From assembly GCA_020721865.1 (NCBI GenBank), contig DYLW01000001.1:13563-77562 (forward strand): a DNA stretch of 64,000 bases, given 5' to 3'. The notes under the pieces were generated by a model that searched no databases, had not been told where the DNA came from, and saw nothing but the letters and a program-made list of their open reading frames with translations. Below are positions 47,344-56,665 of the stretch, one piece after another. This DNA is from Leptospira biflexa. Its GTDB lineage: Bacteria; Spirochaetota; Leptospiria; Turneriellales; DYLW01. A program made the translations under genes and the position numbers. Numbering within the stretch: position 1 is the first letter of the stretch; each line of letters begins with the position of its first letter.

Positions 47344-48052
47344 TCCGGTCTTCATAAAAGGCCCTTCCCAGAATGGCACCGTATAATCCGGGGATTTTTT
47401 CCAGCTCCCGCAGATCCTCCAAGGAAGACACCCCACCGGAGGCTGTGAGGCGGATTTCCGGGAATGCTGCCAACACTTTTCTGTACAGGGGGAAATCTGG
47501 ACCGGAGAGCATACCGTCTTTACGGATCTGGGTGATCAGATAATCCTGTACCCCCAGAGCGATCATTTTCTCCAGGAAGGGAAACAGCATCATTCCCGCA
47601 CTTTCCTGCCAGCCGGAGATCCGGAGCTCTTCTCCCCAGACATCCAGAGTGAGAAGAATTCTACCGGGAAAGCGTTCCAGAATGCGGGCAAATTCCTCCG
47701 GATTTTTCACCGGCAAAGTCCCAATCATGAGATAGTCTTTATCGCCGTCCAATGCGTTTCCGGATGGATCAAAATATTTTTCGGCATCCGCCAGAGTACG
47801 GATCCCACCTCCCGCTTCCAGAATGCAATTGGTTTCCCTGCGGATTTTTCCAAAAAGCTCTGCATGTTCCGGGGTACCCCTTTTTGCTCCGGAGAGATCC
47901 ACCAGATGCAGCCGGCGGATTTTTTCCAGCGAGCAGAAACTCCGGGCAAGCTCCACCGGATTGTTGTGGTACACCACTTTGCGGGAATAGTCTCCCTGGC
48001 TCAGGCGAACCACCTCTTTATCAATGATGTCCAGTGCGGGTATGATAATCAA
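47297..48052 (-). CDS. hisA: ProFAR isomerase HisA
   Basis: MIIIPALDIIDKEVVRLSQGDY, HLVDLSGAK and the C-terminal GAILGRAFYE. (beta/alpha)8 HisA/HisF family with HisA-type N-terminus. Confidence 0.9.
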   Translation of the reverse strand: MIIIPALDIIDKEVVRLSQGDYSRKVVYHNNPVELARSFCSLEKIRRLHLVDLSGAKRGTPEHAELFGKIRRETNCILEAGGGIRTLADAEKYFDPSGNALDGDKDYLMIGTLPVKNPEEFARILERFPGRILLTLDVWGEELRISGWQESAGMMLFPFLEKMIALGVQDYLITQIRKDGMLSGPDFPLYRKVLAAFPEIRLTASGGVSSLEDLRELEKIPGLYGAILGRAFYEDRITLENLGEYLDSFRL

Positions 48053-48064
48053 TTGCCGACTCCT

Positions 48065-48679
48065 TTAGATTGTGTCCAGAAAATTCCGGAGCACCGCCAG
48101 GCCGTCTTTATGGGATTTTTCCGGATGGAACTGCGTGGCATATAAATTTTTTTCCGGGTGTTCCAGAATGGACGTAAAATTTCCGGCGTATTCGGCTACC
48201 GCACGGGTGAACGCATTTTCCCCGGCAAAACGGTAGCTGTGCACATAATAAAAAGAGGCCCCATCCGGGATATTTTCCATAAGCCGGGACTTTCCCCCGG
48301 AGCGGACAGTATTGTTCCATCCCATGTGCGGCGTGACCACAGAATCCGGAAAACGCTCCACCGCACCAGGGACAAATCCAAACCCTTTGTGATCTCCAAA
48401 CTCCGTGGAAGTATCAAACAGGATCTGGAAGCCGATGCACACACCCAGGATGGGTCTTTCTTTTGCGTGGAATTCCATCACCGCATCAACCATTCCCAGC
48501 CTTTTCAATTCTGACATGGCTTTCCCAAAGGCTCCATCGCCTGGTAAAAGCAGGGCATAGGCATCCGCGATGTCCCGATAATCCCCGGAGACCACGACAT
48601 CCTCCCCCAAGTATTCAAAGGCTTTCTGCAGGGAGCGTATGTTTCCCATTCCAAAATTAAGCTCCACAATTTTTCGCAT
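48065..48679 (-). CDS. hisH: Imidazole glycerol phosphate synthase, glutamine amidotransferase subunit HisH
   Basis: ATG 48679 gives MRKIVELNFGMGNIRSLQKAF. Catalytic GVCIGFQ and the ..QFHPEKS triad blocks are present. The ORF-track start lies inside hisB. Confidence 0.9.
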   Translation of the reverse strand: MRKIVELNFGMGNIRSLQKAFEYLGEDVVVSGDYRDIADAYALLLPGDGAFGKAMSELKRLGMVDAVMEFHAKERPILGVCIGFQILFDTSTEFGDHKGFGFVPGAVERFPDSVVTPHMGWNNTVRSGGKSRLMENIPDGASFYYVHSYRFAGENAFTRAVAEYAGNFTSILEHPEKNLYATQFHPEKSHKDGLAVLRNFLDTI

Positions 48680-48683
48680 GAAA

Positions 48684-49280
48684 TTAAATAATTCCTTTTG
48701 TGGACGGTATCTCATCCTTGCGTCGCGGGTCCTTTTCCAGCGATTTCCGCAGTGCCCATCCCACGGCCTTGAAGATGGATTCATGGATGTGGTGGTAATT
48801 CTGCCCGTAGTGTACCAGAATATGCAGATTCATGGCTACGTTCATGGCCAGCTTTTCCATGAATTCCAGAGTGAGCTCTGAATGATAATTTCCAAAAGGC
48901 TGCATGGTCCGCAAATCCGGGCCGGTATATTTGAAATACCCTCTTCCGGAAAGATCCAGAGCAGCCGTGGTGAGGGTTTCATCCATCGGCAGGGTACAAT
49001 CCCCATAACGGGTGATTCCTTTTTTGTCTCCCACCGCCTCCCGGATGGCAGAACCAAGGACGATGGCGGTATCCTCCACACTGTGGTGGGCATCAATATG
49101 CAGATCCCCTTGCAGATTAATTTCCATGTCTATGAGGGAGTACTTAGCCAGATGGCTCATCATGTGTGCAAAAAAACCGATGGGTATTTCTCCGGACAGT
49201 TTTCCACTTCCGTCCAGATTTATCTTCAGAGATATTTTTGTCTCTCTGGTTTCTCTTTTAATGCTGGATATTCTCTGCAT
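48684..49280 (-). CDS. hisB: Imidazoleglycerol-phosphate dehydratase HisB (monofunctional)
   Basis: ATG 49280 gives MQRISSIKRETRETKISLKINLDGSG. Metal-binding motifs HMMSHLAKYS, DAHHSVEDTAIVLG and GQNYHHIHESIFKAVG. Confidence 0.9.
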   Translation of the reverse strand: MQRISSIKRETRETKISLKINLDGSGKLSGEIPIGFFAHMMSHLAKYSLIDMEINLQGDLHIDAHHSVEDTAIVLGSAIREAVGDKKGITRYGDCTLPMDETLTTAALDLSGRGYFKYTGPDLRTMQPFGNYHSELTLEFMEKLAMNVAMNLHILVHYGQNYHHIHESIFKAVGWALRKSLEKDPRRKDEIPSTKGII

Positions 49281-49333
49281 TGTTTTGATTGATTTTTCCG
49301 GATGCTCCGTCAAACCAATTAATTATAAGGAAA

Positions 49334-50371
49334 TCACCACCAATTCAGAACATCCTCCGCAAAACCCAGAAAATTATTCACCGCCAGTTTTTTGCCATTA
49401 TCCAGAACCACGAATCCGTTAAACAACCCAAAAACCTGGTGCTGGATGGATTTGATGATGCCCAGATTCAGAGCACTATTTCTATCCACCAGCGGCGTGA
49501 AGTCCATTTCAAAACGGCCATCGCTGGAAGTAAATTTCCAGTGGGACATATAATTTTTTGTATCCATCCGGAAAAAAACCTCCTCCAGCTTATGGGCACG
49601 GGAATCATAAAAAATCATGTTTTCACTGGCTGGACTGCGGTCACTGAATCCATACCCGATATTCCAGCCAAAAGGTTTTTTCCCCAGCAAACCGGAAGCG
49701 GAACCCCAATACCAGCGATTCCGGTATGTCCAGTGTCCGCGTCCCCAGTCCAGCCCGCCAAAAGAATCCTCCGGGGCAAAAGGAAACTCCCGGCTGCCAA
49801 TCCGGATAGTCCCCGTAGCGGGCATGCAGTTAATTTTCTGATTATAATAAAACGCCTTTCTGTTTTCCTTCCAGGACGTAGCGATGACCATGGAATCCGC
49901 TTCCGGTTCCTGATACAGGGAGATTTCTCCAGTCAGACCATTTCCGTCTTTGCCGACAAAAAACGGAGCGTCCACATGGATGATATGTTTGTACCCTTCT
50001 TTGCGGAATGACAATGAGATTTTTTTGTTATTATATACAACATCCCCTTTTTCTGAAGTCGATGGAAATCCTGTCCTGCCCAAGGGGAGGATGCTCATTG
50101 CATCATACTGGGTAAATGTCCTTTCTTTAAAATCCAGCCAAGTCACGGCAAAAAGCCCGGTATAACCCAGATCGGCCATGGTGAAGGTGATCCCATATTC
50201 CCGGTTTTGGGAAAGAATATAATAATAGTCCCATTCTTTGATCCGGAATGCGGAAGCTTTTATTTTCCGCCGGTCATACCGCCAGAACGGACGGCGTGCC
50301 CAGCCTTCCCGGGTTATGCGTCCATTTCCATCCAGAAGATCCAGGGGGATTTTAATCTCATTTTGTGCCAT
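49334..50371 (-). CDS. DUF2804-family protein
   Basis: GWARRPFWRYDRRKIKASAFRIKEWDYYYI.. and the overall size match my memory of DUF2804. The function is unknown. Confidence 0.65.
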   Translation of the reverse strand: MAQNEIKIPLDLLDGNGRITREGWARRPFWRYDRRKIKASAFRIKEWDYYYILSQNREYGITFTMADLGYTGLFAVTWLDFKERTFTQYDAMSILPLGRTGFPSTSEKGDVVYNNKKISLSFRKEGYKHIIHVDAPFFVGKDGNGLTGEISLYQEPEADSMVIATSWKENRKAFYYNQKINCMPATGTIRIGSREFPFAPEDSFGGLDWGRGHWTYRNRWYWGSASGLLGKKPFGWNIGYGFSDRSPASENMIFYDSRAHKLEEVFFRMDTKNYMSHWKFTSSDGRFEMDFTPLVDRNSALNLGIIKSIQHQVFGLFNGFVVLDNGKKLAVNNFLGFAEDVLNWW

Positions 50372-50415
50372 GGGACGGTCCTTAATATGGGCTTCGTAAA
50401 GGGAAGAAATTTTTG

Positions 50416-53370
50416 TTAATACTCATAGCCAATACTGAATACCCCCTGCCATCGGGACATCCGCAATGACCGCCGGAGATCATAAGGGGTCCCCCAGTCA
50501 ATTTTGATAATCAAACCGGGCAGAAGTACCAGACGCCCTCCCAGTCCATAAGAGACTTTTAAATCTTTCAGAGAGCGGTCATCCGGATCGTATAAATCCC
50601 AGTGGCGGTAATCGTTGAATGCAGTGCCCATATCAATGAAAAATACCCCGCTGAAACCAGGAAAAAACCATCGGGTGGGGAAACCCATCACCAGAGCATC
50701 CAGAAACGGAAAGCGTATCTCATTTTTCATGAGAAGAGTATGCCGCCCGGAAAGACTCAGGAACGCGAAGGAACGAATGCTGTTATACCCGCCAATCTGG
50801 AACGGAAAATATTCCGCCTCCGGTCCGTTGATGCTGCCCGCATAAAAACGGAACGCATACACAAACCTTTCCCAGAAAAGCCAGTAATGCCGCACGTCCA
50901 GACTGTCCCGGTGGTACACATAGTCATGGCCGGTAAAATTCATACTCTGCTCGGAAATGAGCTGTACATGTGTCCCGGATAAGGGACCCATATAGGAATA
51001 GAGGACATTATTATACGCCATTCCCAGATTCAGGGCGTGGATATTTGTGAAAATATCTTCCCGCAGATAATCCTCGGGAACCAGGGGATAAAACATTTCC
51101 TCATAACGGGAAAACTCCCACTGGAGAGAAAATGTCAGAAAGGGATCCACCGGATAATCCGCTTGAGCATAAAACCCAAACCGATTGATGTAGTAGGACA
51201 AAAAATTTGGATTATAAAACAGATTATTTATGGAAGCTAAATCGGCAAAATTGAAAATGCTGTAATAGTTGGATGCCTTGAACGCCCCCACATGAAAATC
51301 GATTCTTTTCTTGAGATACACATAATCCAATGTGAAATTGATGCTTTCCCTCTGGGATAAAAAATCCAGATACAGACTCACTTTCTGATTTCCCAGATTA
51401 TCTGTGAAAGAAGATTGGAAAAAACCACCCAGGCCGTAGTAGTTGGAATACTGAAGCCCAAAGAAAAACCAGTCCGGAAGAAAATCCGCTTTGTACTCCT
51501 GAATCTCAAAGGACTGGGGGCCACCGGGAAAATGAGGAAATACCGGAGACAATAAAAATGTATTTTTCTCATAATCCGCATCCGTTGTGGAAACCACATC
51601 GTCTTCCTCCCGTGGTGCTGGATGCAGAAGAATATCATAGCTCTGGTAATGATAATAATTTGTCACAATCCGGCGGGCTTTATCATCCATACTGATTCCG
51701 GACACCCCGGAAGCGTAATCCGTCACCCGGTATACCTCCGGATCATCCATATCTTTCATGTATATATTGGGGATGCCTTCGTGATCGGAAATAAATAGAA
51801 TCCGATTATGTTTTCCCGGATAGAAAAAAACTGGATGGTTCTGGTTTCCCTTGAGGGAGAGTACCGCCTCCGGGCCGATGGGTTCTGCCCCGTCTAACTT
51901 GATCCGGAAAAGGTTGAAATCGGAGGAATCGGTTTTTCCTTCCGCATTCCGGTTGGATGAGAACAATAAAAATGTCCCGTCTTCGGATAAAACCGGAGTT
52001 TCATCCGCAAAGGCATCATTCGTAATCTGTTTCACTTTTCCGGATTTTACATCGGCCAGATAAATGTCATTCTGTCCGGCCAGAGTCCCGGAAAAAACCA
52101 CATAGGCTCCGTTTCTGGTCATATAGGGACGGGAGATACTCTCCACCGGCGGGATAATCTTTTTGATAATTTTTTTGTCTTTGATCCTAAGCAGATAAAT
52201 CACATCCCGCCCTTTTGTGGTGGCCGTAAACGCGAGGATTTGTCCATCGCCGGAAAAGGACAGGCGGTTGTCCAGAATATGCAGACCATAGAACTCCGCA
52301 TTGTTTCCGCCATGGATGAGTATTTTTTCCCGGGGTTTTTTCCGGGATTTTTCAGGTGAAAAGGAATCCTTCCTGTTCTCCTCCGGAATATCCCGCAGAA
52401 CAATGGCAGGATAAAAGTCCCGAATTGTCAGAAATGCGGCTTTTTTACCATCCGGAGAAATGGCCGGATGAAAATGGACAAACCCTGGTTCGCTGCGATG
52501 ATCCGTGATAAGCCTTCCGGTATCCATTGCGGTCTTATGGTGGATGTCGCGGAAATATTTACGCCGGAGCCATACATTCCACCGTTCGTTAAATTCCTCA
52601 ATGCTCATTCCAAAATTCACCCGGATAGTGTCCTCCAGACTCCGCTGGTCCCGGACATCTTTCAGAAGTTCCCCCAGCTTGACAGAGCCATATTCCATAT
52701 CAATGTACCATAGAATAGCTTGGCCCGCTTTATAATACATATAGCCATTCTGCACCCGGTAGGAAGTCAAATCCATCACCGATGGCAGGGTCCCGGTGAG
52801 AACAGCTTCCCGGACGGTGGACTCTGCCGTTTCATCCCAGCCCACAGAAAGATACTCTGCAAACCCTTCCATCACCCAGAGCGGAGGCTGACTACGGTAC
52901 GGCAGGGCAAAGGATCCGCCATAGGTTTCCCCAAAAAGGATGTCATACTGAAAAGCGTGGACGATTTCATGGGTGATCACATGGCGGAATTCCTTCCAAG
53001 AACCCATGAACGGAACCACCACCCGCGTCCGTATGGATTCCGTAAAACCGCCGGTACCCTCCCCCAGATTATAGGGAATCACATGGGTGGCCTGGAAATG
53101 GTTGTGGGATGGATATACAATGATGGAAACCGGAGCGGAAAGATGGTGCCCCAGTTTTTCTGAAATATACAGACTGGCTTCCTCCGCATAGATGGCCGCC
53201 ATTTTTCCCAGAACAACATTGTCCTGGGGATAGAAAATATAGAAATGCTCCGTTTTAATTACTTTGAAATTGATTTCCTCCCAGACCACCTTACGTGGCC
53301 CGGAATAAACCGGCATCATCCAGATCACGCCGGCAAGAATCGCTGTAATAATCCCGGACAGAAGTCTCAT
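50416..53370 (-). CDS. Outer-membrane fusion protein: MA-clan metallopeptidase, PD40 beta-propeller and Omp85/Bac_surface_Ag beta-barrel
   Basis: Signal/anchor, then HEIVHAFQ with EGFAEY about 30 aa downstream. At least 5 PD40 blades (HPAISPDGKKAAFL, LSFSGDGQILAFTA, PVLSEDGTFLLFSSNRN ...). Barrel blocks: GGYNSIRSF, LMKNEIRFPF, GVFFIDMGTAF, SYGLGGRLVL..IKIDWG, terminal FSIGYEY. Confidence 0.8.
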   Translation of the reverse strand: MRLLSGIITAILAGVIWMMPVYSGPRKVVWEEINFKVIKTEHFYIFYPQDNVVLGKMAAIYAEEASLYISEKLGHHLSAPVSIIVYPSHNHFQATHVIPYNLGEGTGGFTESIRTRVVVPFMGSWKEFRHVITHEIVHAFQYDILFGETYGGSFALPYRSQPPLWVMEGFAEYLSVGWDETAESTVREAVLTGTLPSVMDLTSYRVQNGYMYYKAGQAILWYIDMEYGSVKLGELLKDVRDQRSLEDTIRVNFGMSIEEFNERWNVWLRRKYFRDIHHKTAMDTGRLITDHRSEPGFVHFHPAISPDGKKAAFLTIRDFYPAIVLRDIPEENRKDSFSPEKSRKKPREKILIHGGNNAEFYGLHILDNRLSFSGDGQILAFTATTKGRDVIYLLRIKDKKIIKKIIPPVESISRPYMTRNGAYVVFSGTLAGQNDIYLADVKSGKVKQITNDAFADETPVLSEDGTFLLFSSNRNAEGKTDSSDFNLFRIKLDGAEPIGPEAVLSLKGNQNHPVFFYPGKHNRILFISDHEGIPNIYMKDMDDPEVYRVTDYASGVSGISMDDKARRIVTNYYHYQSYDILLHPAPREEDDVVSTTDADYEKNTFLLSPVFPHFPGGPQSFEIQEYKADFLPDWFFFGLQYSNYYGLGGFFQSSFTDNLGNQKVSLYLDFLSQRESINFTLDYVYLKKRIDFHVGAFKASNYYSIFNFADLASINNLFYNPNFLSYYINRFGFYAQADYPVDPFLTFSLQWEFSRYEEMFYPLVPEDYLREDIFTNIHALNLGMAYNNVLYSYMGPLSGTHVQLISEQSMNFTGHDYVYHRDSLDVRHYWLFWERFVYAFRFYAGSINGPEAEYFPFQIGGYNSIRSFAFLSLSGRHTLLMKNEIRFPFLDALVMGFPTRWFFPGFSGVFFIDMGTAFNDYRHWDLYDPDDRSLKDLKVSYGLGGRLVLLPGLIIKIDWGTPYDLRRSLRMSRWQGVFSIGYEY

Positions 53371-55065
53371 TTATTCAGATCGGCTTGCGTTGCAGTCATC
53401 TTCCAGGACATACTTCATCAGAATTTTTTCCTTTGTCAGATACATCCGGTATATGTCATATCCATTTGTGGGGTAAGAGCCCATCACTCGCACCCCTCTG
53501 TCTTCTGAATAGGAAACGGTGATATACTTGAAGGAATAATCGCTTTTAGAGCTGAATGGAACCATCGGCTCCATCTCATCCCCCCGCATACGGATGCTGT
53601 AAAGGCTTTCATTATACCCATAGGGACATTTATCATATTTCCTGAATATAATGAAGGTACCCTCCGGGCTTTGGAATATGGTGGGAAAAAGCTCGTTCAG
53701 AGAATTGGTCGCATTTTTTACCGCAAAAGGAGTGGGGAAATCCTCATATACGGATTCCCGGATGGAAACAAAAAGCTGGGTTCCCATCAGATTGGAATTA
53801 AACGTCCGGGAGGAAGCAAAAACCAGAATCTTCCCATCTCTGGATATGGCAGGATCCCTTTCCACGAAAGATGAATTCAGGGCGGTCAAGGGCTCTCCAT
53901 GCTCAAAGTGCTCTCCATCTGTGGAATGGGAACGGTATAGTTCCCCTTCCACAGAATAAATAATTTCCAGATAATCCTTTTCTTTGTTGTGAAAAAGAGC
54001 GAACCCCAGAACATTACCCTTGTGCATATCCTTGAGATTGGTAAAGCGGGGATTGTAAAAGATTTCCTTTTCCCCTTTCTGGTCAAAGACAGAATCCATC
54101 ACCACAATTTCCAGAAAACCGGTGCCTTTGTTTTTTTTATCCGATTCTGTCTGCTTGGCTTTTTTATACGCTTCGTCGCCAATCAACCCCTTTAAATCAT
54201 CCAGGCTTTCTTCCTTGACCTCGTCCGGATTTTTAGCAGCCGGAGTGGTCCGGTCCGCCAGGTAATAGTATTGCTTGCTTCCCGTTACCGGACTCTGGAT
54301 AAGATGATAATCTTTTCCCGGACCGTTGATAGCCCCAAAGCTTTTGAGCCTTGCCCCTTTTTTTATAGTAAATTGATATGTTTCCCCATTTAACAGATTT
54401 TTACGCTTCTCTTCTTCCAGGCGACGTTCTTCTTCTGATTTTTTTCTTCTTTCTTCTTCTGCCATCGCCCGTTTCTGCTCATTGGTTACAAAATCTGGTC
54501 CTGTTCCGGAAGTCCCATCTGTGTTTTTCCCATCCTTACCATTTTTTTGTCCGAATTTTTTTTCCCCATCCTTTCCGGTTCCAGAATTTTTCTGTTTATC
54601 CGTGTAACTTCCGGAGGATGCATCTTTATCATTTTCTGGATCATTTCCATTCTTTGTGCCAGAATTTTTTGGATCTGTATGTTTGGACACAGAGTCCGGG
54701 GTTTGTCCGGAATTATTTCCCTTCTGATCCTGTACCTTCCCGGAATCTTTCCCAACATCGGTAGAGTTTTTTTTATCTTTGGCGTCACTCCCAGATGTTT
54801 TTTGCCCGCCGGAATTTTTGCCGCCTGCTTCTCTGGCTTCTCTTTCTTTCCTTTCTCTTTCCCGCTTTTGTCTCAGATAATCCTCATAATAATAATCACC
54901 CCTGGTGGAGTCATCATAACTTTCGGAGTCATTATTCTTACTTCCGGAATCTATTCCGTCGTTGCCTTTTGCCGTGGTTTTGCATCCGGCAAGAGACAGA
55001 GAAGCAGCCACCACCATAACATAGACCGTACATCCCAACCAAACTGTGGATATTCTCTTTCTCAT
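53371..55065 (-). CDS. Lipoprotein with a long K/G/S/D/N-rich disordered region and a PD40-like C-terminal domain
   Basis: Lipobox LSLAGC. About 190 aa of low complexity is bracketed by charged helices (RQKRERERKEREAREA; EEERRKKSEEERRLEEEKRK). PD40-type motif ERDPAISRDGKILVFASSR. Its stop directly abuts the next ATG. Confidence 0.7.
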   Translation of the reverse strand: MRKRISTVWLGCTVYVMVVAASLSLAGCKTTAKGNDGIDSGSKNNDSESYDDSTRGDYYYEDYLRQKRERERKEREAREAGGKNSGGQKTSGSDAKDKKNSTDVGKDSGKVQDQKGNNSGQTPDSVSKHTDPKNSGTKNGNDPENDKDASSGSYTDKQKNSGTGKDGEKKFGQKNGKDGKNTDGTSGTGPDFVTNEQKRAMAEEERRKKSEEERRLEEEKRKNLLNGETYQFTIKKGARLKSFGAINGPGKDYHLIQSPVTGSKQYYYLADRTTPAAKNPDEVKEESLDDLKGLIGDEAYKKAKQTESDKKNKGTGFLEIVVMDSVFDQKGEKEIFYNPRFTNLKDMHKGNVLGFALFHNKEKDYLEIIYSVEGELYRSHSTDGEHFEHGEPLTALNSSFVERDPAISRDGKILVFASSRTFNSNLMGTQLFVSIRESVYEDFPTPFAVKNATNSLNELFPTIFQSPEGTFIIFRKYDKCPYGYNESLYSIRMRGDEMEPMVPFSSKSDYSFKYITVSYSEDRGVRVMGSYPTNGYDIYRMYLTKEKILMKYVLEDDCNASRSE

Positions 55066-55150
55066 AATTCACCCTCGGTTCATTAAAAATATGACCGGTA
55101 TAATGGCAAGGAAAAGACCGGCGGGAAATCCACCAGATTTATTGTAGGAT

Positions 55151-55513
55151 TTACTGAGCCGGCGATGGAGGTGTCGCTGTTCCGTTTTGTCCTTCCGATG
55201 CCGGAGCCGGAGGAGGGCTCACTTGATTTTCTGTGGACGCCGGATTTTGGTTGAGCTCTTTCTGGATATCCTTGATGCCCCCGGAAGCACTCCGGATGTA
55301 TGCCAGAGACATGGCCAGAAACAGGAAAACCCCAGCCAGAACGGCAGTCATTTTGGTGAGGACATCCGCAGAACTGGACCCAAAAACACTCTGGCTCCCC
55401 CCCCCAAACATACCCATACCGGCGGAACGGTTGGACTGCAGGAGCACAATCAGTACCAATAGAATGGACACAATAATAAAAAATATGATGAATATGGTTT
55501 CCAGTATCTGCAT
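55151..55513 (-). CDS. secG: Preprotein translocase subunit SecG with a Pro/Ala-rich C-terminal extension
   Basis: TM1 (IFIIFFIIVSILLVLIVLLQ), Gly-rich loop (GMGMFGGGSQSVFGSS) and TM2 (MTAVLAGVFLFLAMSLAYI). Confidence 0.85.
   Translation of the reverse strand: MQILETIFIIFFIIVSILLVLIVLLQSNRSAGMGMFGGGSQSVFGSSSADVLTKMTAVLAGVFLFLAMSLAYIRSASGGIKDIQKELNQNPASTENQVSPPPAPASEGQNGTATPPSPAQ
55397..55405 (-). repeat. Homopolymeric G9 tract (C9 on the plus strand) inside secG
   Basis: Read directly: ctggct ccccccccc aaaca. On the coding strand this is ATG TTT GGG GGG GGG AGC (MFGGGS). Confidence 0.9.
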
Positions 55514-55548
55514 GATCCATTTTTCGCATTCGCTTCAGGCTGTCTTCC

Positions 55549-55584
55549 TTTTTTTGGGGGAAAACCTTATCCCCCCGATTTTTT
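55549..55584 (+). other. Terminator-like GC hairpin flanked by T-runs in the secG/fumarase divergent spacer
   Basis: T7 (55549-55555), GGGGG (55556-55560), a 10-nt loop, CCCCCC (55571-55576), then GA and T6 (55579-55584). No plus-strand gene ends here. Confidence 0.3.
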
Positions 55585-55747
55585 CTCAGGAAATCCACCC
55601 CTCCCGAAAAATGTAAGTTCTCAATAATCAGGTAGGTGCTGTAGGCAATGCCGGCCTTGATTCTTATTAACATATCAGCGAAACAAGATGGAATTATACT
55701 TGCCGGACAAGGTGGCATTTTCAGTCTTGCCAAAGAGGAGCTATAAC

Positions 55748-56656
55748 ATGGGAAAAAACAGATTTGATGTTCTGAGCGGGAAAGTCCCCGACGATGTAAA
55801 AGAATTGTATGTGACATTAATTCGTGAAGCGTCCACCAATCTCCCCAAGGACATCACGGATAAATTGGAAAGACAGAAGCAGAAAGAACAGGATGGATCC
55901 CAGGCAAAGAAAGCTTTGGATATTATTATTAAAAACATTAACATGGCATACGAAAAGGAAACCCCCATCTGCCAGGATACGGGAACGGTAATTTTTCACG
56001 TACACTATCCGTTGGGATTTTCTACATTAAAATTTAAAAATGACATGTCTGAAGCAGTGCGGGAAGCCACCAGGAGAGGTTATCTGCGTCCGAATGCCGT
56101 GGATTCCATCACAGGAAAAAATTCAGGGGATAACACCGGGCTGGGTCTTCCATCCTTTTATTTCCATGAATGGGAAAAAGATTATGTGGAAGTGAAAACC
56201 ATGCTGAAAGGCGGTGGATCCGAAAACACTGGTATCCAGTATTCGCTGCCGGATACCCGTTTAGGTGCTGGACGGGATTTGAAAGGTATTAAAAAAGTAA
56301 TTCTGGATTCTGTAGTCAAAGCCCAAGGGCAAGGCTGTGCACCCGGGGTTCTTTGCGTTTGTATTGGTGGGGACCGGGGAGCCGGAGCCGTGGCAGCAAA
56401 AGAACAGGTATTCCGTGATCTGAATGATGTGAATCCTGACCCGGTGCTGGCGGAGCTGGAAAAGGAAATGTATGAAAAGGCCAACCAGTTAGGAGTGGGT
56501 CCCATGGGGTTTGGAGGAGAGACCTCGCTTCTGGGAGTCAAAATCACCAAATTGCACCGTCTGCCGGCATCCTTTTTTGTGAGCATTGTTTATATGTGCT
56601 GGGCAGCCCGGAAAAAAACCATGATTATCAAGGATAATCAGTATACCATTCAATAG
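55748..56656 (+). CDS. Fe-S hydro-lyase alpha subunit (class I fumarate hydratase / L-tartrate dehydratase type)
   Basis: ATG 55748 is preceded by GAGGAG. PICQDTGTVIFHV, GGGSEN and GCAPGVLCVCIGG are the typical alpha-subunit blocks with cluster cysteines. Confidence 0.85.
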   Translation: MGKNRFDVLSGKVPDDVKELYVTLIREASTNLPKDITDKLERQKQKEQDGSQAKKALDIIIKNINMAYEKETPICQDTGTVIFHVHYPLGFSTLKFKNDMSEAVREATRRGYLRPNAVDSITGKNSGDNTGLGLPSFYFHEWEKDYVEVKTMLKGGGSENTGIQYSLPDTRLGAGRDLKGIKKVILDSVVKAQGQGCAPGVLCVCIGGDRGAGAVAAKEQVFRDLNDVNPDPVLAELEKEMYEKANQLGVGPMGFGGETSLLGVKITKLHRLPASFFVSIVYMCWAARKKTMIIKDNQYTIQ

Positions 56657-56665
56657 GAGGATACT

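Noticed and set aside
54400-54950. Apparent repetitive DNA in the lipoprotein gene, considered as a tandem repeat or contingency locus.
   Set aside because: It is compositional low complexity (Lys/Gly/Ser/Asp/Asn codons) with no exact repeating unit or period that I could trace.
55713-55730. Sigma-54-like TGGCAT...TTGC upstream of the fumarase genes.
   Set aside because: The GG and GC elements are 15 nt apart instead of the 12 required by the -24/-12 consensus.
55083-55817. 244-aa minus-strand ORF covering secG in another frame and running into the fumarase upstream region.
   Set aside because: The same-strand 120-aa frame encodes a textbook SecG (two TM helices plus a Gly-rich loop). The 244-aa translation has no recognisable features and would consume the whole divergent promoter region.
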